A stretch of 64,000 nucleotides of DNA, from positions 288,001 to 352,000 of the forward strand of contig CAVYXA010000001.1 in NCBI GenBank assembly GCA_963772365.1. Direction: 5' to 3'. This document shows positions 40,603 to 50,510 of this stretch, in pieces (within the stretch, counting starts at the first letter, position 1; each line of letters starts with the position of its first letter). This DNA comes from an uncultured Verrucomicrobiae bacterium. Lineage in GTDB: Bacteria; Verrucomicrobiota; Verrucomicrobiia; Chthoniobacterales; UBA10450. The position numbers and the translations under genes were made by a program. The notes beneath the pieces are model-generated. The model saw nothing but the letters and a program-made list of their open reading frames with translations. It had not been told where the DNA came from and made no database searches.

Positions 40603-41177
40603 TCGAGAACGAATTTTATCGACACTACAAGGAACGCGTAATGCCGGCACTCCGGGAACGGCACGGCTACAAGAACGTCCACCAGATTCCGAAGGTGGAG
40701 AAAGTCGTGATTAATACGTCAGTCGGGTCCCAGGCGGACGTGAAGACTGCATTGGGCGAAGCAAAGGCGGAACTTGCGTTAATCACTGGACAACGCGCGG
40801 CCGAGACGCGGGCCAAAAAAAGCATCGCGAATTTCAAGCTGCGCAAAGACCAGGCGATCGGTGCGAAAGTGACCTTGCGCGGCCAGCGGATGTACGAATT
40901 TCTGGAGCGCTTGATCAAAGCTGCGCTGCCGCGGATTCGCGACTTTCGCGGTGTTTCACCTCGTTGTTTCGATAGCAATGGTAACTATACGCTGGGTGTC
41001 TCCGACCAGTCGATTTTCCCCGAAGTCGAGCTCGATAAAATCAAGCGCAACATCGGATTTGATGTTACAATCGTCACGACTGCGAAGACGAACGAGGAAG
41101 CCAAATCGCTGTTGAGCGAAATGGGAATGCCCTTCAGCGACCGGGCGAAAAAGCCGGCCGCCCAACCCACGTCCTGA
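40599..41177 (+). CDS. rplE: 50S ribosomal protein L5
   Basis: ITGQ...KVTLRG..MYEFL...LPRIRDFRG. Confidence 0.99.
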   Translation: MIENEFYRHYKERVMPALRERHGYKNVHQIPKVEKVVINTSVGSQADVKTALGEAKAELALITGQRAAETRAKKSIANFKLRKDQAIGAKVTLRGQRMYEFLERLIKAALPRIRDFRGVSPRCFDSNGNYTLGVSDQSIFPEVELDKIKRNIGFDVTIVTTAKTNEEAKSLLSEMGMPFSDRAKKPAAQPTS

Positions 41178-41180
41178 TTT

Positions 41181-41579
41181 ATGAGTACCGTTACCGATCC
41201 AATTGCCGATTTAATCGCGCGACTGCGCAATGGAGCGCAGGCGCAGAAGATCGACATGTTCGTTCCGTACTCGCGAATCAAAGCCGAGGTTGTCCGAATT
41301 TTGAAAGAGGAAGGATATATCAGCGAGTACGCGATCGATACCGAAGCGGCCCGTCCACGAATAAAAATCACGAATAAATTAGTGGACCGCTCCTGCGCGA
41401 TTACTGGCTTGAAACGGGTGAGCCGGCCTGGGTTACGCCGGTACGTTGGGGCTGACGAGATTCCGCGCGTGCTTGGCGGAATGGGCGTGGCGATTTTGTC
41501 CACATCGCGCGGAGTGTTGTCGGGTCGGGAGGCGAAGAAGCAAAAGATCGGCGGCGAGTTGCTAGCCTACGTTTGGTAA
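41181..41579 (+). CDS. rpsH: 30S ribosomal protein S8
   Basis: TDPIAD...SRPGLR.Y...GGELLAYVW. Confidence 0.99.
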   Translation: MSTVTDPIADLIARLRNGAQAQKIDMFVPYSRIKAEVVRILKEEGYISEYAIDTEAARPRIKITNKLVDRSCAITGLKRVSRPGLRRYVGADEIPRVLGGMGVAILSTSRGVLSGREAKKQKIGGELLAYVW

Positions 41580-41595
41580 TAATTTCACAAATATC

Positions 41596-42135
41596 ATGTC
41601 ACGAATTGGAAATAAACCGGTCGAGATTCCCGACAAAGTAAAAGTGAATGTCGGCAATGATGGATCTGTTGCGGTGGAAGGCCCGAAAGGGAAACTGAAC
41701 TGGAAACTGCCGCGCCAGATTTCGGCTAAAATCGATAACAATCGTGTTCTGGTTGCTCGAGCGGCTGAGTCGCGGAGTGTGAAGGCGTTGCACGGCCTTT
41801 CCCGCAGTCTGGTTCACAACATGGTCCAGGGTGTGAGTCAGGGTTTTACCAAACAGCTTGAGATTGAAGGCGTCGGATTCAAGGCCGCTGTGCAAGGGTC
41901 GAACCTGAATCTGAGTCTCGGCTTTTCGCATCCCGTTCTATTTCCGATTCCCAAGGAAATTAAAATCACTGTGACCGACTCGACCAAGATCAACATCGAA
42001 GGTGTGGACAAAAAACTAGTCGGTCAGGTCGCTGCGGATATCCGCCGATTCTATCCGCCAGAGCCGTACAAAGGCAAAGGCGTGCGCTATGCCGGGGAGC
42101 AGATTCGCCGCAAGGAAGGCAAGACGGTCCAGTAG
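41596..42135 (+). CDS. rplF: 50S ribosomal protein L6
   Basis: MSRIG..P...[11 protein letters not shown]. Confidence 0.99.
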   Translation: MSRIGNKPVEIPDKVKVNVGNDGSVAVEGPKGKLNWKLPRQISAKIDNNRVLVARAAESRSVKALHGLSRSLVHNMVQGVSQGFTKQLEIEGVGFKAAVQGSNLNLSLGFSHPVLFPIPKEIKITVTDSTKINIEGVDKKLVGQVAADIRRFYPPEPYKGKGVRYAGEQIRRKEGKTVQ

Positions 42136-42137
42136 TT

Positions 42138-42503
42138 ATGGCAACGTTCAATCGAAAAGCGGCGCGGGAGCGTTTGCATCGGCGGATTCGGAAAAAGGTT
42201 TCGGGCACGGCAGAGCGGCCGCGTCTAGCCATCCATTTTTCTGGGAAGCACATCTATGCACAGGTGATCGACGATTCAGTCGGCAAAACATTGATTGCAG
42301 CATCGACAACCCAGAAAGATGTGCTGGGGAAAAACAAAGTTGCAGCCAACCGCACGACAGCCGAGATGGTCGGTAAAGTGATCGCCGAACGGGCAATTGG
42401 TAAGAAGATCGACAAGGTTGTCTTCGACCGCGGCGGTTTCCAGTACCAAGGCAAAGTAAAAGCATTGGCGGACGCAGCGCGCGCCGGTGGCCTAAAGTTT
42501 TAA
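42138..42503 (+). CDS. rplR: 50S ribosomal protein L18
   Basis: GTAERPRL...[12 protein letters not shown]. Confidence 0.99.
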   Translation: MATFNRKAARERLHRRIRKKVSGTAERPRLAIHFSGKHIYAQVIDDSVGKTLIAASTTQKDVLGKNKVAANRTTAEMVGKVIAERAIGKKIDKVVFDRGGFQYQGKVKALADAARAGGLKF

Positions 42504-42507
42504 TTTC

Positions 42508-43071
42508 ATGGCACAAGGAACTTCAGGTAGCAGACGACCCGATTCGCGCACGACCGAGAGGATGCCGGCAGCGAGGGGTGACACGACTGAGAAAGTCGTT
42601 TTCATCAATCGTTGCGCAAAAGTCGTGAAAGGCGGGCGACGGTTCAGCTTCAGCGCGTTGATCGTGGCCGGCGATCATGATGGAAAAGTCGGTGTTGGTT
42701 TTGGCAAGGCGAATGAAGTCTCGGAAGCGATTCGTAAGGCTTCTGACGCGGCCAAAAAATCGATGCAAAAAGTTTCGTTACACGAAAACACAATTCCGCA
42801 CGAAGTGGTGGGTGAATATGACGGCGCGCGCGTACTTTTGCGGCCGGCATCGCCCGGAACCGGTGTTATCGCAGGTGGTGGAGTGCGAGCTGTAGCGGAA
42901 GCCGCTGGAATTCGAGATGTGTTGGCGAAATCACTCGGCTCGAGCAATCACGCCAATGTAGTAAAGGCTACGATCGCAGCGTTACGCTCTTTGCGCCGTC
43001 GCGATGAAATTTTTAAAGTGCGCGGGTTACGATCTGATGGGGAAACGAAGCAATATGTTACGACTTCATAA
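42508..43071 (+). CDS. rpsE: 30S ribosomal protein S5
   Basis: [11 protein letters not shown]...GTGVIAGG. Confidence 0.99.
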   Translation: MAQGTSGSRRPDSRTTERMPAARGDTTEKVVFINRCAKVVKGGRRFSFSALIVAGDHDGKVGVGFGKANEVSEAIRKASDAAKKSMQKVSLHENTIPHEVVGEYDGARVLLRPASPGTGVIAGGGVRAVAEAAGIRDVLAKSLGSSNHANVVKATIAALRSLRRRDEIFKVRGLRSDGETKQYVTTS

Positions 43072-43642
43072 TCTACGCCCGCGTCCCGGCGCCCGGCATC
43101 GAGTGAAACGTCTCGGCTGTGGCGAGAGCTCTGGTCATGGCAAAACCAGCGGCAAAGGGCATAAGGGACAAAAGGCGCGATCGGGTGGCAGCCTTCGGCT
43201 TGGATTTGAAGGTGGCCAGATGCCGTTGATCCGAAGGTTGCCTAAGCGGGGGTTTAATAATGCGGCGTTTCACAAACGCTACGCGACTGTAAATCTCGAT
43301 GATCTCAATGCTTTCAAGAGCGGGACTCTGGTGAACGAGCAGTTGCTTCGTGAATCGAATTTGGTACGCGGGAAGGTGGCCGGAATCAAAATCCTTGGCG
43401 ATGGTGAATTGAAACATGGTCTTACGGTCGAGGTCGACAAGATCAGTGCGGGAGCCCGGGAAAAGATCGAAAAAGCTGGCGGAACAATTACCTTGCGCGC
43501 TCGCGGTACCGAGCGAAGAGCTGTCGATCTTCCGGCTGAAGCGGGTCCGGCAGCGCAAGTGGCAGAGGAGTCGAAAAAATCAGTGAAAAAGTCGGTGGCG
43601 AAAAGCAAATCGCCAAAGAAAAGGGCGGCACGTAAGAGTTAG
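43055..43642 (+). CDS. rplO: 50S ribosomal protein L15
   Basis: [16 protein letters not shown]...[16 protein letters not shown]; Lys-rich tail. Confidence 0.99.
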   Translation: MLRLHNLRPRPGARHRVKRLGCGESSGHGKTSGKGHKGQKARSGGSLRLGFEGGQMPLIRRLPKRGFNNAAFHKRYATVNLDDLNAFKSGTLVNEQLLRESNLVRGKVAGIKILGDGELKHGLTVEVDKISAGAREKIEKAGGTITLRARGTERRAVDLPAEAGPAAQVAEESKKSVKKSVAKSKSPKKRAARKS

Positions 43643-43727
43643 TCGCGATGATCAGTTGTCGGCTGGTTTTATCTCGAATCGCGCGGAAGCTGGCATTTTG
43701 CCGGCTTGTGACCTAGGGGATTAACAA

Positions 43728-45233
43728 ATGGTTTCGGCCTTTCTAAACTCCGTCAAGATTCCAGAGTTACGCCGGCGAATCCTGTTTACGCTTGCCGTGA
43801 TCGTCATTGTCCGTCTGGGCGCCGCGATTACGACACCTGGCGTGAACCCAGCCGTATTGCAGGAATGGTTTGCAACCGCAGCCAAGGGTGGCGGTGGTGG
43901 CCTGGGCGCGCTGTTTAATTTATTCAGCGGCGGTGCTCTGGAGAATTGCGCTGTGTTTTCGTTAGGGATCATGCCGTACATCAGCGCGCAGATCATGATG
44001 CAGTTGCTCACAGCGGTGATACCGCAGCTGGGAAGAATGGCGCGGGAAGATAACGGTCGTCAGAAGATCATGCAGCTGACTCGATATGCGACGGTCGCCA
44101 TATGTATTTTTCAAGGTTACATGCTGGCTTTGTCGTTTCAGCATCCAGAGTCGTATCACATTGTGCTGGGAGGTATTTCCGACACAATCCAGCGACTCGG
44201 CATTCCGCTGGTCGAAGACACGGGCTGGTGGTTTCGCATCGTAACGGTGATCTCACTCACCACCGGCACGCTTTTCCTGATGTGGTTGGGCGATCAGATT
44301 ACCGACCGCGGAATAGGAAATGGAATTTCCCTCATTATAACGATCGGTATCGTCGCACGCTTGCCCGCGGCGTTGGCGCAGGCATGGAAAACTTTCGTGC
44401 CGTCGGCCCAAACCGGGACCAGCCAGGTTAATCCGGCGATTCTGGTGCTGATGGTGGCGTTCTTATTCATTGTGATCGCCGGCGTCATCGCAATTACCCA
44501 GGGTGTGCGCAAAATCACGGTCCAGTACGCCAAGCGCGTGGTGGGCCGAAAAATGTACGGCGGGCAGACGCAATACATGCCCTTGAAGGTGAATTATGCA
44601 GGAGTGATGCCGATCATTTTCGCCTGGGCGTTGCTCTTATTCCCGACGACGATCGTAAGCTTCGCTTTCAAGAACAGCCCTACGGCTGCGCGCATCGCCG
44701 CTGCTCTTTCAACCGGCTGGCCACACTATGTGGTTCTGGCAGGAATGATTTTCTTCTTCAGTTATTTCTGGGTCGCGACGCAGTTTCAACCGGCGCAAAT
44801 CGCTGACGATCTGAAGAAGTACGGCGGTTATATCCCGGGTGTGCGTCCGGGAAAACCGACTGCAGATTTTCTGGATTTCACGATGACGCGACTAACTTTT
44901 GCCGGCGCGGTATTTTTGACGCTGATTGCAATTTTGCCGGCGTTAATGAGCCAGGGATTGAACGTGCCGACGATTACGGCGCAGTTTTTCGGGGGCACGA
45001 GCTTGCTAATTATCGTGGGCGTAATTTTGGACACAATGCGACAGGTGGAGACGCATCTGATCCAGCGGCATTACGACGGGTTTTTGAGAAAAGGCCGCAT
45101 TCGTGGTCGATCATTTGATCGAGCATCCTATAGTCGCGGCGACGCGGCTGCTCAAGGGACGTTGATGTGGCTTTACGTTGGCATCGCGGCACTCGTTATT
45201 GCCGGCGTGGCAATTTTTCTTTACGGCCGCTAG
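43728..45233 (+). CDS. secY: Preprotein translocase subunit SecY
   Basis: LGIMPYISA, GIGNGISL, AGVMPIIFA, IPGVRPG and GGTSLLI.VGV motifs. Confidence 0.99.
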   Translation: MVSAFLNSVKIPELRRRILFTLAVIVIVRLGAAITTPGVNPAVLQEWFATAAKGGGGGLGALFNLFSGGALENCAVFSLGIMPYISAQIMMQLLTAVIPQLGRMAREDNGRQKIMQLTRYATVAICIFQGYMLALSFQHPESYHIVLGGISDTIQRLGIPLVEDTGWWFRIVTVISLTTGTLFLMWLGDQITDRGIGNGISLIITIGIVARLPAALAQAWKTFVPSAQTGTSQVNPAILVLMVAFLFIVIAGVIAITQGVRKITVQYAKRVVGRKMYGGQTQYMPLKVNYAGVMPIIFAWALLLFPTTIVSFAFKNSPTAARIAAALSTGWPHYVVLAGMIFFFSYFWVATQFQPAQIADDLKKYGGYIPGVRPGKPTADFLDFTMTRLTFAGAVFLTLIAILPALMSQGLNVPTITAQFFGGTSLLIIVGVILDTMRQVETHLIQRHYDGFLRKGRIRGRSFDRASYSRGDAAAQGTLMWLYVGIAALVIAGVAIFLYGR

Positions 45234-45242
45234 ACTTCCGGG

Positions 45243-45902
45243 GTGAAAAGACGACTCGTTCTTCTCGGCGCGCCAGGTTCCGGAAAGGGGACACAGGCCG
45301 AATTGATCACCCGTCAGTTCGGGATTCCCGTAACATCGCCCGGTGCGATTTTGCGACGGGAACGCGATCTCGGAACGCCGCTGGGTTTGGCTACGGCTGA
45401 AATTACCCAGCGTGGCGGATTGGTGTCGGATGAGATCATCGTTAAACTGATTGAGGATTGGTTGCGGCTGCACGGCGCGCATGGTTTCGTGTTCGACGGA
45501 TTTCCCCGCACGTTACCGCAGGCGCAAAGTTTGGAAGCAATTTTGAAACGTGTGCGTACCGCACTCGATCTCGCCATCTGGCTGGAAGTTTCTGAAAAGA
45601 CAGTGCTGGATCGGATCTCTGGCCGTTTGCAATGCGGCGAGTGCGGCTTCACTACGAGTGCATCGAGTGCAAAATTTTCCGAGCGGCCGATTTGTCCCTA
45701 CTGTGACGGACCGTTGGTTCGGCGTAACGACGACGATGCGAGTGTGCTGCAAACGCGACTCCAGGAATATCGAGGTAAAACTGAGCCGCTGGCGACTTTT
45801 TACAGCAAGATGTCGATCTTACATCGGATCGACGGCAATCGGGATCGGGAAACGGTTTTTGGGGATATCTCTCGATTAATCGAGAACAAATTGCCGGCAT
45901 GA
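45243..45902 (+). CDS. adk: Adenylate kinase
   Basis: GAPGSGKGT, DGFPRT and a Zn-type LID (CGEC...CPYC). Confidence 0.95.
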   Translation: MKRRLVLLGAPGSGKGTQAELITRQFGIPVTSPGAILRRERDLGTPLGLATAEITQRGGLVSDEIIVKLIEDWLRLHGAHGFVFDGFPRTLPQAQSLEAILKRVRTALDLAIWLEVSEKTVLDRISGRLQCGECGFTTSASSAKFSERPICPYCDGPLVRRNDDDASVLQTRLQEYRGKTEPLATFYSKMSILHRIDGNRDRETVFGDISRLIENKLPA

Positions 45903-46675
45903 TTCCAATTAAGAGCCCGAAAGAAGCCGACAAAATGCGGCAGGCTTGTCGCACCGCGAGCGATGTTCTCGACCGCGTAACGGAACTAATTCGCCCGGGA
46001 ATCTCGACCAAGGAAGTGGATGAGGCGGCAGCTGATTTCATGCAGGAAGCAAACGTGAAGAGCGCCTTTCTCGGTTATCGGCTGGGTCATCGCATTTTCC
46101 CGGGAAACATCTGTATTTCGCTCAATGACGAAGTCGTGCACGGGATTGGCAGCCAACGGCGGATCCAATACGGGGATATCGTAAAGCTAGATATTGGCGT
46201 GATCCAAAATGGATGGGTGGGGGACACAGCGGCAACGATCCCGGTGGGGATGATCGGCGACCGCGTGGAATTATTGTTGCGCGCGACTCAGAACGCACTG
46301 GATCGAGCTATTCGTATCGCACATGAAGGCGCACGGCTGGGTGATATTTGCGCGGAAATCGAAGATGAAGCGAAACGCCATCGCTTTTCAGTAGTTCGAG
46401 AATTTGTTGGACACGGAGTAGGACGAAAATTGCACGAAGAACCGCAGATCCCCAATTATGGCAAGCGCGGCAGCGGTCCAAGGCTGAAAGCCGGCATGAC
46501 GCTCGCCATCGAACCAATGATCAACATGGGCGCAGCAGACGTGCGGTTACTGGAAGATGGCTGGACGGTCCGAACCGCCGATGGGCTGCCTTCGGCCCAT
46601 TTTGAACACACAGTTCTAATTACGAAGGACGAGCCGGAAATCCTTACATGGCGCGGAAAGACGCAATTGAAGTAG
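45899..46675 (+). CDS. map: Type I methionyl aminopeptidase
   Basis: [24 protein letters not shown] and SAHFEHT motifs. Confidence 0.98.
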   Translation: MIPIKSPKEADKMRQACRTASDVLDRVTELIRPGISTKEVDEAAADFMQEANVKSAFLGYRLGHRIFPGNICISLNDEVVHGIGSQRRIQYGDIVKLDIGVIQNGWVGDTAATIPVGMIGDRVELLLRATQNALDRAIRIAHEGARLGDICAEIEDEAKRHRFSVVREFVGHGVGRKLHEEPQIPNYGKRGSGPRLKAGMTLAIEPMINMGAADVRLLEDGWTVRTADGLPSAHFEHTVLITKDEPEILTWRGKTQLK

Positions 46676-46866
46676 AAGGCACAGTTGTCGAACTGCTGCC
46701 CAATACGATGTTCCGGGTCCAACTGGCCAATGGCCATCGCGTCCTCGCGCATATCTCAGGCAAAATGCGGCTGCACTTCATTCGCATCTTGCCAGGAGAC
46801 AAAGTTATGCTAGAGATTTCTCCCTACGATTTGTCGAAGGGCCGGATAACGTTCCGGCAAAAGTGA
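46648..46866 (+). CDS. infA: Translation initiation factor IF-1
   Basis: [21 protein letters not shown]. Confidence 0.99.
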   Translation: MARKDAIEVEGTVVELLPNTMFRVQLANGHRVLAHISGKMRLHFIRILPGDKVMLEISPYDLSKGRITFRQK

Positions 46867-46904
46867 CACGCTGGCTGATCGCCGCGTTGTTTGTTTTGTA
46901 GACG

Positions 46905-47018
46905 ATGAAAGTACGACCATCAGTTAAGAGGCTTTGTGCCAGTTGTAGAATTGTGAAACGCAAGAATGTGATCCGCGTGATTTGCAAAAATCCGCGCCAC
47001 AAACAGCGCCAGGGGTGA
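46905..47018 (+). CDS. rpmJ: 50S ribosomal protein L36 (zinc-binding type)
   Basis: Manual translation [37 protein letters not shown]; below the ORF-track cutoff. Confidence 0.98.
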   Translation: MKVRPSVKRLCASCRIVKRKNVIRVICKNPRHKQRQG

Positions 47019-47059
47019 GCCTTGTAGACGAATTCGAGGATTTAACGATTTAATAGAAC

Positions 47060-47455
47060 ATGCCAAGATTACTCGGGGTTGAGATTCCAGCGGATAAACG
47101 CATCGAAGCGTCGCTCACCTATATCTACGGAATCGGGCTGGCCACCGCCAAACGAATTCTGGAGCAGACTAATATCGACCCAAATTTACGGGCGAAGAAC
47201 CTGACGCCTCAGCAGTTGAACGAAATCATTCACGCCATCACGAATAACAAACTGAAAATCGAGGGCGATCTGCGTCGCGAAGTGCAGAGTAATTTAAAGC
47301 GTTTACAGGCAATCAATTGTTACCGGGGCATTCGACACCGGCGCGGCTTACCAGTCCGAGGCCAGCGAACATCGACAAATGCCCGAACCCGCAAAGGCCC
47401 GCGCAAGACCGTCGGCGTCATCCGAAGCAAGGAAGCAAAATCGGGTGTGGTCTAA
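47060..47455 (+). CDS. rpsM: 30S ribosomal protein S13
   Basis: LTYIYGIG...[18 protein letters not shown]. Confidence 0.99.
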   Translation: MPRLLGVEIPADKRIEASLTYIYGIGLATAKRILEQTNIDPNLRAKNLTPQQLNEIIHAITNNKLKIEGDLRREVQSNLKRLQAINCYRGIRHRRGLPVRGQRTSTNARTRKGPRKTVGVIRSKEAKSGVV

Positions 47456-47467
47456 AGATTAATCATT

Positions 47468-48064
47468 ATGGCTGAACCGAAGCATCCGAAGAACGAAAAG
47501 GAAACAGCAGAGCCTACCACGACTGTCGACGCGAAAGTTGTGGCATCGGGAGATGGTGGGGCGGCTGCTCCGGCCGAAGTTGCGCCGAAAACAGAGAAGA
47601 AGCCGGCGAAAGGAAAAAAAACTGAAGTAGCAACAGCGGCGCCTCCGGCGGAGAATCTTTCGCTGTCACCCGATGACATCGAGAAACCGAAGATCGTTAA
47701 GGCAAAAGGCGCAAAGAACATCCATTCAGGAATCGCACACGTTCTGGCCACGTTTAACAACACGATCGTGACGATCACCGATATGAACGGGAACGTGATC
47801 GGTTGGTCCAGCGCGGGAAAAGTTGGCTTCAAAGGATCGCGCAAGAGCACAGCCTACGCAGCGCAAATGGTGGCGCAGGACGCATCCCGCCAGGCGATGG
47901 GCCACGGCCTGAAAGAAGTCGAGGTCTTGGTTAAAGGACCTGGTGCGGGCCGCGAATCCGCTGTCCGAGCGTTACAGGCAATTGGTCTCGATCTCACTTT
48001 AATTCGTGACGTGACGCCAGTTCCGCACAATGGCTGCCGCCCACCCAAACAACGCCGCGTCTAA
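47468..48064 (+). CDS. rpsK: 30S ribosomal protein S11 with long N-terminal extension
   Basis: [12 protein letters not shown]...GFKGSRKST...[12 protein letters not shown]. Confidence 0.99.
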   Translation: MAEPKHPKNEKETAEPTTTVDAKVVASGDGGAAAPAEVAPKTEKKPAKGKKTEVATAAPPAENLSLSPDDIEKPKIVKAKGAKNIHSGIAHVLATFNNTIVTITDMNGNVIGWSSAGKVGFKGSRKSTAYAAQMVAQDASRQAMGHGLKEVEVLVKGPGAGRESAVRALQAIGLDLTLIRDVTPVPHNGCRPPKQRRV

Positions 48065-48100
48065 AGTCCCGTCACTCGTACCTATTACTCATTACCCTGC

Positions 48101-48712
48101 ATGGCTAGATACACCGGACCAAAAACAAAAGTCAGCCGACGATATGGTGTGCCGATCTTCGGCTCATCGAAGTCGCTCGAACGAAAGAATTACCCTCCGG
48201 GGATGCACGGTCCCAGAGGTTCCCGGCGCAAACAATCTGATTACGCGATCGCGCTCGGCGAGAAGCAGAAGCTTCGATATCAGTACGGCCTTCTGGAACG
48301 CCAGTTCCGACGAATCTTCCAGAGTGCATTACGCAAACGTGGTGTTACCGGCGAAACGCTTCTCCAGCTTCTGGAGACGAGGATCGACAATGTCGTGTAT
48401 CGGCTGGGTCTGGCCAACACGCGAAGCGCAGCCCGCCAGCTGGTTTCGCACGGGCATGTTTTGGTCAATGGCCGACGCGTGAATATTGCCTCCTATAACG
48501 TGAAAGCCGGCGACGAAATTTCGATTAAGGACAAACCGAAATCTCGTCAGCTCGTCCTTCGCAATCTCGATCTCACCCAGATCTCACCCGTCCCTGATTG
48601 GCTGACAGTCGATCGCGACGCCCTTAAGGGCAAAGTCGCGCGGATTCCGACCCGGGAAGAGATGCAGCCGATCGTGAACGAGCAGCTTATCGTCGAGTTG
48701 TATTCTCGATAA
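48101..48712 (+). CDS. rpsD: 30S ribosomal protein S4
   Basis: MARYTGP...LETR.DNVVYR.G...ARQLV.HGH. Confidence 0.99.
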   Translation: MARYTGPKTKVSRRYGVPIFGSSKSLERKNYPPGMHGPRGSRRKQSDYAIALGEKQKLRYQYGLLERQFRRIFQSALRKRGVTGETLLQLLETRIDNVVYRLGLANTRSAARQLVSHGHVLVNGRRVNIASYNVKAGDEISIKDKPKSRQLVLRNLDLTQISPVPDWLTVDRDALKGKVARIPTREEMQPIVNEQLIVELYSR

Positions 48713-48926
48713 AGTCGAGCGCTTTATCGTAGCTCTTTCGCTGGAGAAAGTGGTTCAATCGCGGGTCGACTGACCCCGACAAGGCGGCCTGCAATTGATC
48801 GATCTTTTCAGAAACGGCGCGCAATCGCGCCATGTGCTTCGCTTCATCGCGCCGACTTTCTTGATCTTGAATAATGGCGAGTCGTTCCCGCAGAGCATCG
48901 GCAAGATCGACAATGCCATTTTCCAT
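48687..48926 (-). CDS. Small hypothetical helical protein convergent with rpsD
   Basis: 79-aa amphipathic ORF ending L.HFLQR.SYDKAL; 3' ends overlap rpsD by 26 bp. Confidence 0.7.
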   Translation of the reverse strand: MENGIVDLADALRERLAIIQDQESRRDEAKHMARLRAVSEKIDQLQAALSGSVDPRLNHFLQRKSYDKALDFIENTTRR

Positions 48927-48984
48927 CGGCTAATAATAAACAATTGATGTTCATCGGTGTCTATTCGGGGTTAAAATCTGCCGT

Positions 48985-49425
48985 GTGAGCAAGAACCCGC
49001 CGAAGCGAATCCTGATCGTCGACGATGAGGTCGGTTTGCTTCGCATAATGCGCGAAGCGCTCGCAGCTTCGTTCCACTGCGAGGTCGATACTTCGCCGCG
49101 GCCGGAATACGGTTTCGAACTGGCCCTCAGGAAGACCTACGATTTGTTCATCTTCGATTTTTCCATGCCGATGATCGATGGCGCGATGCTCTTTTTTTTG
49201 ATCGGTAAAGTGTATGGCAATGTTGAACCGGTACGGGTGGTCCCGCCGCTTTTGCTCGTGTCGGGCAGGGGCGACGAAAGGCGGGTCCAGGAGCTTTTGA
49301 AAGAACCCAGTGTGGGTGGTTTCGTTGCGAAACCATTTTCGATGAATCGGCTTCTCGATAAAGTGCGAGAGATTTGCCGGGGGATCAAGACCGCCAGCTC
49401 CAGCGCGAATTTAACGGGTGCCTGA
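48985..49425 (+). CDS. Single-domain response regulator
   Basis: ILIVDDE, D.SMP..DG, VSG and KPF motifs. Confidence 0.9.
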   Translation: MSKNPPKRILIVDDEVGLLRIMREALAASFHCEVDTSPRPEYGFELALRKTYDLFIFDFSMPMIDGAMLFFLIGKVYGNVEPVRVVPPLLLVSGRGDERRVQELLKEPSVGGFVAKPFSMNRLLDKVREICRGIKTASSSANLTGA

Positions 49426-49731
49426 CTCAGACAAAAGCTGACGCTTCCCTTCCAGCCAATCCGAATCCGAATCGCCCGGCAGACCGAGCCGATGTCGACG
49501 CTCAGAAATGAAATAGGCGCGCATACGGATTTGTTCATCGCTCGGCTCTGACGATGGCGCCTGCTTTGGGCTTTTTGCCGGCGCGATTTTTGCAGATTTC
49601 TTACCGCGGGAGGAAACGCCTTTGCGGACTGATGTCGATCTTCGACGCGTTGTTTTCTTCTCGCCGCCAACCCCGCAAGAGCCCCTCGCCTCCGGCGAGC
49701 CATTGTTCCTTGTATTCGAATTTTTCGGCAC
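49411..49731 (-). CDS. DUF2934 domain protein with basic N-terminal region
   Basis: EQIR.RAYFI.E.R...G....DWLE. Confidence 0.8.
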   Translation of the reverse strand: MPKNSNTRNNGSPEARGSCGVGGEKKTTRRRSTSVRKGVSSRGKKSAKIAPAKSPKQAPSSEPSDEQIRMRAYFISERRHRLGLPGDSDSDWLEGKRQLLSESGTR

Positions 49732-49837
49732 AGAATTCGATTAACCTGCAGTGCGCGATTCGCAAATTTTTTCTCAGTTCAACGCTCATTTTCTATGCTG
49801 CTTGGACAGTCACTCGATTCGGCATACCCTTGTCGTC

Positions 49838-50248
49838 ATGCGGCATTTCGTTTTCCGGTGGGGAATCACGACTCTGGCAGTCATGGTTGCCTCATCGTTG
49901 ATCGAGGGGATTCGCTACGACAGCGTAGCCGCTTTGATCGGGGCGGCGCTGTTGCTCGGAATTTTAAACGCTTTTCTCCGGCCGATCTTGTTGATTCTGA
50001 GCGCACCGCTTATTTTGCTGAGTCTGGGGTTCTTCATTCTAATCGTAAACGGGCTAATGCTCCTCATCGTCCCGCACATCGTCTGGGGTTTTCAGGTAGA
50101 TAGTTTCTGGAGCGCATTTTGGGGCGCAATCGTGATCAGTATTGTCAGCTGGATTCTGAGTGCATTTTTCCGCGGCAGTGATGGCCGGGTTCACGTATTA
50201 ACGCATCACACTCAGATCAAACGTGTGCAGGGTCGCGTTGTGAAATAG
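49838..50248 (+). CDS. YvlD/DUF360 (phage holin 4 family) membrane protein
   Basis: ALLLGILNA.LRPIL..L..P...LGFF.L.VNG...F.SAFWGA. Confidence 0.88.
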   Translation: MRHFVFRWGITTLAVMVASSLIEGIRYDSVAALIGAALLLGILNAFLRPILLILSAPLILLSLGFFILIVNGLMLLIVPHIVWGFQVDSFWSAFWGAIVISIVSWILSAFFRGSDGRVHVLTHHTQIKRVQGRVVK

Positions 50249-50299
50249 CAGTGGCGATCCGGAACATAACTCGGGAAAAAAGCTCCACGATCACTTAAA

Positions 50300-50495
50300 C
50301 ACGGATAGTCGACAGAGGTGGTCCGTGGATTGGCGGTTCGCCTTTGCGTGGGGAGTTGTTGAAACTCTGTCTTTTCCAGGGCGTTGGCTCCCGCGCAGCT
50401 CTGGCGAATCCTGCCGAGATTCCCACAAAAGGGAGAGTGCAAAACCGGCCTCCGGGCTGGTCTGCTTCCTGCTTTACACAGCCGAGCACTTTTAA
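50300..50495 (+). ncRNA. Candidate structured RNA leader upstream of the secretin gene
   Basis: Four nested or serial stems with many G-U pairs that work only on the + strand, and a cUCCGg tetraloop. Confidence 0.45.
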
Positions 50496-50510
50496 CCTGC
50501 AATCGTAATT

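Noticed and set aside
49838..50248. Holin-family gene as a prophage marker
   Set aside because: No phage genes lie nearby, and the YvlD/DUF360 family is commonly chromosomal.
50400..50470. c-di-GMP-I riboswitch, SRP or 6S identity for the secretin leader
   Set aside because: Only loose fragments match. The GNRA/receptor layout, the SRP GGAA loop and the 6S central bubble are not evident.
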